From Fibrobacteria bacterium (GTDB lineage: Bacteria; Fibrobacterota; Fibrobacteria; UBA11236), in contig JBGTHM010000100.1 in NCBI GenBank assembly GCA_041746255.1, positions 1-64,000 of the forward strand: a DNA stretch of 64,000 nucleotides, in the 5' to 3' direction. Both the position numbers and the translations under genes were made by a program. Positions 1 to 8,887 of this stretch are shown one piece after another. The notes beneath the pieces were generated by a model. The model searched no databases, had not been told where the DNA came from, and was given only the letters and a program-made list of their open reading frames with translations. The number at the start of each line of letters is the position of its first letter. Within the stretch, counting starts at the first letter, position 1.

Positions 1-379
1 ATCCCTTGGCATCGTCGTCGGTGATACCGTTGCGAATGAGGAATTCGCAGACTTCAATGGCCTTGTCGACCTCCTTTTGATTCTGGTAGTAGGTGATGAG
101 GGCTTTGCATTGGGTAGCCACGAATTTGGGATTGTAGCCGAAATCCTTGAAAGTGCGCCGGATGAACTCAAGGGAGTATCGGCTCAATTCCACCTTGTCC
201 ATGGCGCACTTCGACTCCTTGATTTTAAGGGTCAATAAATCGAGGAATTCATGCGCGATTTCCACTTTATCGAAGAAAACCATCTCCTTTTTCTGGTAGG
301 CATCGAATTCCGCCAGCGCGGAAATATTATCGTTCCTCAATTCGGTCAATAGGCGTTCCAATAGGTGCTCTTTATTCAC
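1..379 (-). CDS. Hypothetical helical protein (3'-partial, runs off window start)
   Basis: Manually read open frame from GTG at 379: MNKEHLLERLLTELRNDNISALAEFDAYQKKEMVFF...DKAIEVCEFLIRNGITDDDAKG; no stop before base 1. Confidence 0.7.
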   Translation of the reverse strand, partial: MNKEHLLERLLTELRNDNISALAEFDAYQKKEMVFFDKVEIAHEFLDLLTLKIKESKCAMDKVELSRYSLEFIRRTFKDFGYNPKFVATQCKALITYYQNQKEVDKAIEVCEFLIRNGITDDDAKG

Positions 380-486
380 GGTGGCCCTTCAAAAAATACA
401 GGTGGAATGTCCGTGCCTCCCCGCAAGGAATTCGTCGCGGCATACGGGGTTGGTTACCCCATAAGATAAGGCGAAAGTGGAATTTG

Positions 487-1398
487 TCAACCGGGGTCGA
501 TTTTCTGCAAGGCTTTCAACATGGAAGCCACGTCGGCGAATCGGTTTTCTCGGGACGGGGCCAAGGCCATTTGCACGAAATCGTGCCATTCCACGGGCAA
601 TCCCGGCCGGTAATCCCGAACCATGCCGGTAAACATGCCGCTGTCCTCCTTCGCGCGCGTGTTGAATACCTTCTCCGGTCTTTCCACCCTTACGGGTAGA
701 AATCCCACGCTGAGTTCAAGCAAAACACAGCCCAGGGAAAAGATGTCGGCCCGGCCGTCGATCTCTTCGCCGCGCGCTTGTTCGGGAGAAACATACAGCG
801 GCGAGCCCAGCACATAATTCTTCTCCTCCTTATGAACGGTATGATAAACCCATGCCAAGCCGAAATCCGCCACCATGATCTGTTTCTGCTTCTCCAACCA
901 CATCAGGTTTTCCGGTTTGATATCCCGATGCACCACCCCTTCCGCATGTGCATGAGCCAACACCTCAAGCGTTTGCCGGGCAATATTCACAAGCTCGCGC
1001 AGGTCCGGAAGCCTACGGCTCGGAATAGGATGTTTTTTCCGGGTGCGCAGCCACTGTCCCAGATTCACGCCTTCTACCAATTGCATGACATAATACAGGA
1101 AATCGGGTTCCTCATCGAATTCGAAAAGGGTGATGATGCCCGGATGGTCGATATTGGCCACGAGTTCGGCCTCCTGTCGAAATCGTTCCGCTGTGAAAAG
1201 ACGGTTGAATTTCTCCCGGAATACCACCTTGATGGCTACCGGCCGCTTCAGGTTGGTTTGAAAACCACGATAGACCACTCCCAAGCTGCCTTCACCGATT
1301 TTGTTCAGTAAGGTAAAGTGGCCGAGAACGGCTCCCGTCAAATCCCGCCGCTTTCCGGTACCGATTAGTGATGAATCATCCTCTTGACCTAAGGCCAT
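487..1398 (-). CDS. Hanks-type Ser/Thr protein kinase (kinase domain only, cytoplasmic)
   Basis: GEGSLGVVY, VAIKV, HRDIKPEN, DFGLA, GSPLYVSPEQ, DIFSLG motifs; ATG 1398 preceded by a purine-rich RBS (GGGGAGAA). Confidence 0.93.
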   Translation of the reverse strand: MALGQEDDSSLIGTGKRRDLTGAVLGHFTLLNKIGEGSLGVVYRGFQTNLKRPVAIKVVFREKFNRLFTAERFRQEAELVANIDHPGIITLFEFDEEPDFLYYVMQLVEGVNLGQWLRTRKKHPIPSRRLPDLRELVNIARQTLEVLAHAHAEGVVHRDIKPENLMWLEKQKQIMVADFGLAWVYHTVHKEEKNYVLGSPLYVSPEQARGEEIDGRADIFSLGCVLLELSVGFLPVRVERPEKVFNTRAKEDSGMFTGMVRDYRPGLPVEWHDFVQMALAPSRENRFADVASMLKALQKIDPG

Positions 1399-1500
1399 TT
1401 CTCCCCTCTCCCCTGATATCGCCCCAAACAGACCGGAATGCGGCATCACCGGGCGATTTATAGTATTCTTTTTAAGTATTTTACCTTCCAGGATCAGATA

Positions 1501-3639
1501 ATGCCACAAACATCCCCGGAGTTCACAAGGTCGGAGGCGGAAAATGCCGTCCGCATGCTCAATCTCTACTATAACCGTACGATTTCCTATTCGTTCGACC
1601 ACCCAACCGTGCAGGAATTCGTGCCCAAGGTATACGCAGCCTTCCAGCCGTTATGGGCTACCCAGGGAGTGTCCCTGCTTTTCCAGGAATTCGGGTATTT
1701 CATCGGAACGGTCGATATCGTTTATCAGCCCAATAATCGTCGTATCGCCGAACATTTGAAAAGGTTCGGTATCGAAGCCATCAGCTTTTCCACTCCACCC
1801 TCGTTGCCCGAATTTACGGCTTTCCTCGACGCCTGTTCCCTGACGCATGCCGGAGCGGAAGCTTTCATGAAATACTTGCTGCAACGAAGGGTGACCAGCT
1901 TGAGTATTAACGACGTTTCCTTGCGTACCGTCAAGGAAGGAGACTTCGTCAGTTCGGCTCCGCCCCATGCCGGTTCCCCGTCACGGCTTCCGCAAAGCGG
2001 TCCAACCGATCCTTTCGCGGAAATGGCCATGCGCGCCGTTATGGGAAAGTTCACCAACGCCGAAATGGGCGCCAACCTTTCTTTGTTGCAATTATTGGAA
2101 AACCCCACCGCCTTGCCTCAAGCCATGCTGGAGCAAAGCTCGCAAGCCGGTGAACAGCAGCCTCAGGTACTCCAGCAAAGCCTGGCGCGGGTATTGGGTA
2201 TGTTCCAAGAGTCGGCGGAAAGCGCGGATGTTCCGGTGGAAGATTTGCTTCTCGGAATGCATAATATGCGCGGTGAGTTGCTGAAGGCGTTGAAGGCCCA
2301 GCAAAACTTGACGCAGAACGTCGCCGGTTCGGCAGACGCCGTGGACTCAGCCGACGACATGTTCGCCCAAACATCCGCCAAGCTGATTCTCACCGAATAC
2401 CAGAAATCCCAAGGGAACTTCAAGAAGACCGCGCGCATCATACAGCGCATCATTCCGGACCGCGCCAACCTCCAACGCATACTGCCTTTGCTGCGCGAAC
2501 ATTTTCTGCGGGCCGGTATTCCCTTGCTGGAATATTATCACATGCTGGAAGAGCTGAACATCTTGCTGGGTTCGGACGAGGCCTATCAGGGATTGCTGCG
2601 GGCGAGCGAAGGTATGGGCATTGATCAGGAGGAAATCCTGTCCGAATTGCGCAAGGATCCCGCCCAGGCGGCGAAGCTGTTGGTATTGGCGAGCGAAGTA
2701 AAACGGATGAGCGGAGACCAGAGCGGAGAAAGTCTGATTACCGCCCTGGTAAATTACGTGGAAAGCGCGGGCGACGCCATGACATCGACTCCGGCGACCA
2801 CCGACGAAGTAGGACTACTTACGGGAATGCTGCGCCAAATGGAAAACTCCCTCAACGCGGAGCTTGAGGGCCGAACGGTAAGCCCACAGGTGAAGAAGGC
2901 GGGACGGCAGAAAATGCATCTGCGCTTCCAACAAACCATCGCGGGAATGAAAGGCCGGGCGGTTACCCATCAAATGCTCAACCCCGGCGCTTCGGAAGAA
3001 GAAAAGGTGGCTTCGCTGCTGGAAATTTTTTCGGATGCATCGGAACTCGACCAGGTGGAGGAAAGCGTCTTATCGTCGGTTCTTAATGAAGGCATGGCCG
3101 AGGATTTGGCCCGACAAATTCTGACCAAAGCCCGACAACAGTTGGATGCCAAGCGCCATCGCAACCTCTCCCGCGATTTGCCTACGGGCGTTTACGTCAA
3201 AAACGTACTCGACTTCTACCTTAAAATGGAAATCAGCCGCGCCCGGCGTTATCATGTACCCTTCACCGTCATCTTGATATCCTTCGAGGGACTTCCCGAA
3301 GGGGGTACCCCCGGCGTGGAGTTGACCGGCTTGCAGAACGTCCTCATCGGGGACATTCGCAAGTATTTACGCGAAACCGATTTGATTGGCTACCTGGCCT
3401 TTAACCGCTTTCTCATCGTGCTTCCCATGACCACCCAGGAACAGGCCGAAAGGGTAACCCATAAATTGCTGGATGCCCCGGCCAATCATGTCGCCCTGCC
3501 GGACGGCTCGCATGCCTCCATCAAACCGCGGCTGGGAATGGCTGCGTATCAGAATCAAAGTGTGGACGATTACCCCAAGATGATGGCAGCCGTCAAAGCG
3601 AACTGGCAGAATTTCCAACCGGATTCGGAGCGGAAGTAG
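1501..3639 (+). CDS. Large helical protein with C-terminal degenerate GGDEF domain
   Basis: C-terminal EISRARRYHVPFTVILI...RETDLIGYLAFNRFLIVLP...GMA pattern of the GGDEF fold; signature replaced by AFNRF. Confidence 0.8.
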   Translation: MPQTSPEFTRSEAENAVRMLNLYYNRTISYSFDHPTVQEFVPKVYAAFQPLWATQGVSLLFQEFGYFIGTVDIVYQPNNRRIAEHLKRFGIEAISFSTPPSLPEFTAFLDACSLTHAGAEAFMKYLLQRRVTSLSINDVSLRTVKEGDFVSSAPPHAGSPSRLPQSGPTDPFAEMAMRAVMGKFTNAEMGANLSLLQLLENPTALPQAMLEQSSQAGEQQPQVLQQSLARVLGMFQESAESADVPVEDLLLGMHNMRGELLKALKAQQNLTQNVAGSADAVDSADDMFAQTSAKLILTEYQKSQGNFKKTARIIQRIIPDRANLQRILPLLREHFLRAGIPLLEYYHMLEELNILLGSDEAYQGLLRASEGMGIDQEEILSELRKDPAQAAKLLVLASEVKRMSGDQSGESLITALVNYVESAGDAMTSTPATTDEVGLLTGMLRQMENSLNAELEGRTVSPQVKKAGRQKMHLRFQQTIAGMKGRAVTHQMLNPGASEEEKVASLLEIFSDASELDQVEESVLSSVLNEGMAEDLARQILTKARQQLDAKRHRNLSRDLPTGVYVKNVLDFYLKMEISRARRYHVPFTVILISFEGLPEGGTPGVELTGLQNVLIGDIRKYLRETDLIGYLAFNRFLIVLPMTTQEQAERVTHKLLDAPANHVALPDGSHASIKPRLGMAAYQNQSVDDYPKMMAAVKANWQNFQPDSERK

Positions 3640-3643
3640 TTCG

Positions 3644-5038
3644 ATGAGCCGTACCTCGATTCTCATCGTGGATGATGAGAAAATCACCGCGTTCTACCTG
3701 CGGGATTTGCTGGTCGGTCTCGAATGCGACGTCCACCTGGCCCAGAACGGAGAGGAAGCCCTCGAGATTCTGGAAAAACAACATCTGGATATCGTCATAA
3801 CCGACTTGGTCATGCCCGGTATCGATGGATTCGCACTGGTCAAGCGCATAAAAGTCAAGAAACCGGATCTGCCGGTATTCGTGCTGACCGCGCACGGCAA
3901 CCCGGAAGCCGCCCGCAAGGCCAAAGCCCTGGGAGCCGATCAATTCCTGATGAAGCCGGTAAGCGTGGAACAACTGTTCCTGGCCATCCGGAAGTTGAAA
4001 GAGAAATCGGTAACCGGCGGTGACGACGTCGCCACCGCGGCGCGATTTCGCGTGGCGGCAATCGTAGGCACCTCCGAACCCATGCAAAAGGTTTTCCACG
4101 CCATCGAAAAGGCCCGTATTTCGAAGGCCAATGTACTCATCCGCGGCGAAAGCGGTACCGGCAAGGAATTGGTGGCCCGGGCCATCGCCATTCCGGGAGA
4201 GAAGGAAAGCCATCCGTTCGTAATCCTGAATTGCTGCGCCATCTCCGAAGGGCTGCTTGAGAGCGAATTATTCGGACATGTGCGGGGCGCCTTTTCCGGC
4301 GCGGTAGCGGATAGGGAAGGATTGTTCGAAGCCGCTGACGGCGGCTCGCTGTTCCTGGATGAAATCGGAGACATGTCGCTGCATAGTCAGACCAAATTAC
4401 TGCGCGCCATCCAGGAAGGCGAATTCCGGCGCGTAGGCGACAACCAGACTCGACATGCCAATGTCCGTATCGTAGCGGCAACCAACCGCGATCTCGAAAA
4501 GGCCGTGCGCGCAGGCTTCTTCAGGGAGGACTTGTATTATCGACTGAACGTCATACCCATCCGGCTGCCACCCCTGCGGTCTCGACCCAGCGATATCGCC
4601 ATCCTCACCCGTTTCTTCCTGGCCAAGCACCAGAATAAAAGTCCTTACAAGGTGGAGCTGACCCCCGAGGCGATTGAGTTATTGAGCCGTTACGATTTTC
4701 CCGGCAATGTGCGGGAATTGGAAAACATCATCCAGCGGACCATCTCTTTCGCGAGCAACCGCACGGTGGGGCCCGCCGAGGTGGCCGCGCACTTGCATTC
4801 CCAGGAATCTGCGGGGGAAGACGCTGTCGGCCAAGCCGATTTAAGTTACCCTTTTTTCAAAAAGCAATTGTTGCTGTTGGAACGGGATTATCTGTTGTCG
4901 AGGCTCAAGGCCACGGGCGGTAACGTGGCGGATGCGGCTCGCGCGATGCAAATTACCCGGACCGCCCTGCATAACCGCATGAAAAAGTTGGGACTCCGGT
5001 CCAAGGAATTGGATTCCCCAAAACCTCAGGAAGCCTGA
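3644..5038 (+). CDS. Sigma54-dependent response regulator (NtrC/AtoC family: REC-AAA+-HTH)
   Basis: ILIVDDE/ITDLVMP receiver; GESGTGKE, ESELFGHVRGAFSGA, LFLDEIG, FREDLYYRLNV, FPGNVRELEN; C-terminal Fis-like HTH. Confidence 0.95.
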   Translation: MSRTSILIVDDEKITAFYLRDLLVGLECDVHLAQNGEEALEILEKQHLDIVITDLVMPGIDGFALVKRIKVKKPDLPVFVLTAHGNPEAARKAKALGADQFLMKPVSVEQLFLAIRKLKEKSVTGGDDVATAARFRVAAIVGTSEPMQKVFHAIEKARISKANVLIRGESGTGKELVARAIAIPGEKESHPFVILNCCAISEGLLESELFGHVRGAFSGAVADREGLFEAADGGSLFLDEIGDMSLHSQTKLLRAIQEGEFRRVGDNQTRHANVRIVAATNRDLEKAVRAGFFREDLYYRLNVIPIRLPPLRSRPSDIAILTRFFLAKHQNKSPYKVELTPEAIELLSRYDFPGNVRELENIIQRTISFASNRTVGPAEVAAHLHSQESAGEDAVGQADLSYPFFKKQLLLLERDYLLSRLKATGGNVADAARAMQITRTALHNRMKKLGLRSKELDSPKPQEA

Positions 5039-5039
5039 T

Positions 5040-5065
5040 TGCCGGAGCGGAAACCCACTCCGGCA
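5040..5065. terminator. Hairpin between convergent genes, possible terminator
   Basis: TGCCGGAG...CTCCGGCA 8-bp stem just after the regulator stop; no U-tract. Confidence 0.4.
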
Positions 5066-5095
5066 GTCCGACGGTCCGGCAAAACGATCCGCAAT

Positions 5096-5341
5096 TCAAG
5101 AGGCTGAAAGAGTCTTTTCGGAAGAGGTTTCCAACATCCTTTCCAGCTCGGCCGGGCTGGAGATGGGGAAATTAATGGAGCAGAGAAATTCATAGAGATC
5201 CAGCAATATCACTTTTCGGGGCCCCTTGCCGATGCGAAACGAGGCCAAATGGTTTTTTTCAATCCAGGAAATTACGGTTTTGGGGCTGACTTCGCAGATT
5301 TTTGCGATTTCCCCCGTAGTCGCGAAGCGTTTCTTCACCAT
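5096..5341 (-). CDS. Excisionase-like (HTH_17/MerR-type) DNA-binding protein
   Basis: FATTGEIAKICEVSPKTVISWIEKNHLASFR pattern; AAGGAG RBS upstream. Confidence 0.8.
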   Translation of the reverse strand: MVKKRFATTGEIAKICEVSPKTVISWIEKNHLASFRIGKGPRKVILLDLYEFLCSINFPISSPAELERMLETSSEKTLSAS

Positions 5342-5486
5342 TTCCGGCGTCTCCTTCCCACCATTGACATTGGCAGACCGGTGGAACGGCCCTTTTTTGA
5401 TAAAGGAGCCGTGGCATCGAAGTTAGAAAGCTAATTTTAGGACCTCAACCCTTGCGACCCCCATCCCTTGAAAATGGAAAAGCTTT

Positions 5487-6491
5487 ATGTTCATCGATGA
5501 ATCCGTAATCACCGTTTCCGCCGGAAAAGGCGGTGATGGTTGCCAAGCTTTCCGTAGGGAAAAATTCGTCCCCATGGGTGGCCCTGCCGGAGGCAACGGG
5601 GGTCGGGGTGGACATGTCATTTTGGAGGCTACCGACAATGTGCAAACGTTGCACGACATCGGCAGCCGACGCACCTTCAAGGCCCGGGGCGGACAACCCG
5701 GAGGCAATGAATTGTGCACGGGAAAGAACGGCGAGGATACGGTGATTCGGGTTCCGGTAGGCACTCTCGTCAAAGACGCCGAAACGGAAGAGTTGCTCTG
5801 TGACTTGCAGGTTACGGGGGAGAAATTCATCATTGCCAAAGGAGGAAAAGGCGGGTTGGGAAATGCCCATTTCAAATCGGCCACCAATCGCGCCCCCCGT
5901 AAAACAACTCAAGGAGAACCGGGCGAATCGCATCGCATCCGCTTGGAATTGAAATTATTGGCCGACTGCGGTTTGGTAGGTCTCCCCAATGCCGGAAAAA
6001 GTTCCCTGCTTCGCCGTTGTTCCTCAGCGACTCCAAAAGTGGGCGACTTCCCCTTTACCACCACGGCCCCCAACCTCGGAGTTGTCTCATTGGGTCCGGG
6101 CTCCCACTTCGTGATGGTGGATATCCCGGGACTGATTGAAGGCGCCGCCCAAGGCAAGGGGCTGGGCCATCAATTTCTCCGCCATATCGAAAGAACCTCG
6201 GTATTGGCCTTTATATTGGATGGAGCCCGCGCGGAAGAAAAAAAGCAGTATAAACAGCTCTTGAAGGAACTGGGCGAGTTTCACCCGCTCCTTCTCGAAA
6301 AACCACGCATATTGGTAGTGAATAAATCCGACCTCCGTGAAATCGATACACGAGCTTTGGCGAAATCGCTGAAAATACCGGTACTTATGACTTCGGCGGT
6401 TACAGGTCAGGGTATCGAAGAATTTAAGAAAGTGACTTTCGCCACAGTGGAAAAAAACCGGCCCATAAAAAAAGACGCCTGGCTTGCATAA
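5487..6491 (+). CDS. obgE: GTPase ObgE/CgtA
   Basis: MFIDE...GKGGDGCQAFRREKFVPMGGPAGGNGGRGG Obg fold; GLPNAGKS, PFTT, DIPG, NKSD. Confidence 0.97.
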   Translation: MFIDESVITVSAGKGGDGCQAFRREKFVPMGGPAGGNGGRGGHVILEATDNVQTLHDIGSRRTFKARGGQPGGNELCTGKNGEDTVIRVPVGTLVKDAETEELLCDLQVTGEKFIIAKGGKGGLGNAHFKSATNRAPRKTTQGEPGESHRIRLELKLLADCGLVGLPNAGKSSLLRRCSSATPKVGDFPFTTTAPNLGVVSLGPGSHFVMVDIPGLIEGAAQGKGLGHQFLRHIERTSVLAFILDGARAEEKKQYKQLLKELGEFHPLLLEKPRILVVNKSDLREIDTRALAKSLKIPVLMTSAVTGQGIEEFKKVTFATVEKNRPIKKDAWLA

Positions 6492-6504
6492 ATAGCCAGG
6501 CGTC
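6467..6504 (-). terminator. Rho-independent terminator of the SH3-domain gene
   Basis: 11-bp perfect stem GACGCCTGGCT/AGCCAGGCGTC (6474-6504), 9-nt loop, followed on the minus strand by U7 (A-run 6467-6473). Confidence 0.75.
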
Positions 6505-6545
6505 ATCCTTCTCCAGCACCCCGATCAAGGGTAACTCAAAAAAAG

Positions 6546-6998
6546 TCAGTTTTCGTCGTAAACGCGTTCAACCTGTTCGCGATCCTTGGGTTCAACTATT
6601 TCGTTGGCGAAGGAGCGGTCAAGCGGCAGCGCATTGAAATCGGGGTTGGTATTGTCGAGAATGTAAACCGCCGCGGGATTATCGAGCCAGCCTACCACTT
6701 CCACATTGCTGAGGTCATGATGTCCGGCGCCGGATACCTTCAAGATTTGCAGCTTGTCATTGTCCACCCATCCTCGAATTCCGCCCCGGGTCCGGATCAT
6801 GGACCGGTTCTTGCCCTTTTTCATAAAGGTCACTTCCTGGTCCCCGCCGATTTCGGTATTTTTTTCGGCCGGATCCGACATCTCACTTTTATAAACATTC
6901 GCGCCACCGGCCTTGATTTTGGTGACTTCGGTGGTTTTGGCGAAAAGCAGCCCAACAAGCATGAGCAGCGAGAAAATGATGAAGGATGTCTTGCGCAT
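6546..6998 (-). CDS. Secreted protein, SH3b-like domain plus GltF/CglF-like C-terminus
   Basis: Signal peptide MRKTSFIIFSLLMLVGLLFA; IRTRGGIRGWV SH3b-like motif; C-terminal EVVGWLDNPAAVYILD...DRSFANEI. Confidence 0.7.
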   Translation of the reverse strand: MRKTSFIIFSLLMLVGLLFAKTTEVTKIKAGGANVYKSEMSDPAEKNTEIGGDQEVTFMKKGKNRSMIRTRGGIRGWVDNDKLQILKVSGAGHHDLSNVEVVGWLDNPAAVYILDNTNPDFNALPLDRSFANEIVEPKDREQVERVYDEN

Positions 6999-7130
6999 AA
7001 GTTCTTCCTTTAACCTGCCCGTAAAGAGCAATTGATCAGCAATATATAGTGGAATTGGGAAATACACAAGGGGCCCCCCTAAAAATCTCTAAATCCACCC
7101 CATTTCATGGAACCAGGCCCGATACCGCGA

Positions 7131-7160
7131 TTGAATCCAAAAAATTGGAAAGGCTATAAT
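7131..7160 (+). promoter_or_regulatory. Sigma70-type promoter of the motor-polysaccharide operon
   Basis: TTGAAT-N18-TATAAT about 90 nt upstream of ATG 7250. Confidence 0.6.
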
Positions 7161-7249
7161 AGCTCTGCGCCCGAAAATTCATTTTAGGGTTTTTTGAACT
7201 TTGAGTTCGAAGGTCTGGCTGTTTTTCAGCCAAGCGAAGGGATGGGAAG

Positions 7250-7900
7250 ATGTTCGATTCTTGGACCCACTTAGCCAAATATGTGGACGAAGGCGGTTGG
7301 GTCAATTATGTGATTCTAGCGGTTCTCGCCATGTCCATTTCGGTAATGATCGAGCGAATCTGGTACCTCTATTTTCGGTGCAGGCTCAACTCAAAGGGCC
7401 TACTGGACCAAGTAATGGCCTTATTGCGCAAGCAATCCTTTACCCAGGCACGCAAATTGTGCACAAATACCAAAACTCCCCTGGGAGCCATTTTGGAATC
7501 CGGACTGCTCAAATTAGAACAGGCGGGAACTCAAAGCGACGTCAAGGATTCCATGGACGAAGCCTCCCTTCGCGAGATACCCAAACTGCAAAAAAGAACG
7601 CACTATCTCAGTCTTTTCGCCAACATTTCCACCCTGTTTGGACTGCTGGGCACCATTTTTGGATTACAGGAAGCCTTTATGGCACTGGATGCGGCCGATC
7701 CTTCCCAGAAAAGCAAATTGCTGGCCAAGGGCATCGCCATGGCCATGAATACCACGGCCCTGGGTTTAATGGGCGCCATACCCGCCATGATCGCTTTTTC
7801 CTATTTGGGCGCCAAAGCCAACGCGCTGCTGGAACAAATCGACGAAGCCATGGCCAGGTTGTTGAATTTCGTCTCCAACCAATCCGGATCGCCGGGATAA
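7250..7900 (+). CDS. MotA/TolQ/ExbB proton channel (AglR-like)
   Basis: Three TM segments; STLFGLLGTIFGL and GIAMAMNTTALGL motifs. Confidence 0.93.
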   Translation: MFDSWTHLAKYVDEGGWVNYVILAVLAMSISVMIERIWYLYFRCRLNSKGLLDQVMALLRKQSFTQARKLCTNTKTPLGAILESGLLKLEQAGTQSDVKDSMDEASLREIPKLQKRTHYLSLFANISTLFGLLGTIFGLQEAFMALDAADPSQKSKLLAKGIAMAMNTTALGLMGAIPAMIAFSYLGAKANALLEQIDEAMARLLNFVSNQSGSPG

Positions 7901-7925
7901 TCTCCCTTGCCAAGCGAATAACAGC

Positions 7926-8411
7926 GTGCAAAAACCCTCCTTATCCAAGCAAAACAGCAAGGCCCTCTTAGAGCCTATTAATCTGGATTTGACCCCCATC
8001 ATGAATATGATGCTGATTCTCATTCCGTTGCTGGTAACCATGGCCGTTTTCACGCAAATATCCGTTATACAATTCAGCCTGCCTTCCGAGGAGGGGGAAT
8101 CGCTTCCGGGTGAGGAGATAACGCCCAGGCCACCCGGGGACGTGGACATTACCCTGGTTGTTACCGAATCCGGGTTCCAAATTATCGGCGAAGGCAAAAA
8201 AATGGACCCCATCCCTAAAAACCGGGGTGCATTCGATTTTCCCATCCTGAAAAGGTACCTGGAAAAACTGCGGCAGGAATACCCCCTTACCGAAACCATC
8301 GTATTACTGGTAGACCCAGCCGTAGGCTACGAGGACCTAATCGGTACCATGGACATTTGCCGGGAATCGCGCTACACGAATGTCGCGCTTTCGGGAGGCA
8401 TTGAGCCATGA
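7926..8411 (+). CDS. ExbD/TolR family protein (first copy, Asn at conserved Asp site)
   Basis: LDLTPIMNMMLILIPLL TM; C-terminal YEDLIGTMDICRE. Confidence 0.88.
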   Translation: MQKPSLSKQNSKALLEPINLDLTPIMNMMLILIPLLVTMAVFTQISVIQFSLPSEEGESLPGEEITPRPPGDVDITLVVTESGFQIIGEGKKMDPIPKNRGAFDFPILKRYLEKLRQEYPLTETIVLLVDPAVGYEDLIGTMDICRESRYTNVALSGGIEP

Positions 8412-8887
8412 GCCAGCCCCGGCGAAGGAAACCGCCGCAATCGATGAAGCCGCAGATGACCTCTTTGGTGGACATCCTGACCATCCTGCTGGTTTTTCTC
8501 ATCAAAAGCTTCTCCTCCGATGGTGAAATCATGGTCATGGACAAAAACCTCGATTTACCGGTGAGCTCGGCGGCTGGCACGCCCGTCCCCGCCCTGATTA
8601 TCGGCATTAGCCGCGACCACATCCTGGCGGGCGGCTTTCCCGTGGCCCGGGTCGACGAAGAATCCGCGCGAAAAGGTCCCCTGATTCCCACCCTTATGGA
8701 TTGGCTGGTGGAGAAAAAAGCGCAAACGCTGCGTATTTCTGAATTCGATGAAAGCGTGGAATTCGAAGGGCAGATTACCATTCAGGGCGATCGGAAAATC
8801 CCGTATTGGATCCTGCAAAAGGTTTTGCGTACCTGCGGAGAAGCGGGTTACAATAATTTTTCGCTGGCCGTGGTTAAAAAGGAATGA
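8408..8887 (+). CDS. ExbD/TolR family protein (second copy, AglS-like)
   Basis: MTSLVDILTILLVFLIKS TM; IQGDRKIPY...KVLRTCGEAGY; ATGA overlap with the previous gene. Confidence 0.9.
   Translation: MSQPRRRKPPQSMKPQMTSLVDILTILLVFLIKSFSSDGEIMVMDKNLDLPVSSAAGTPVPALIIGISRDHILAGGFPVARVDEESARKGPLIPTLMDWLVEKKAQTLRISEFDESVEFEGQITIQGDRKIPYWILQKVLRTCGEAGYNNFSLAVVKKE

Noticed and set aside
4285..4303. GAFSGA instead of GAFTGA in the sigma54 activator
   Set aside because: A conservative, commonly seen variant; not enough to claim sigma54 independence.
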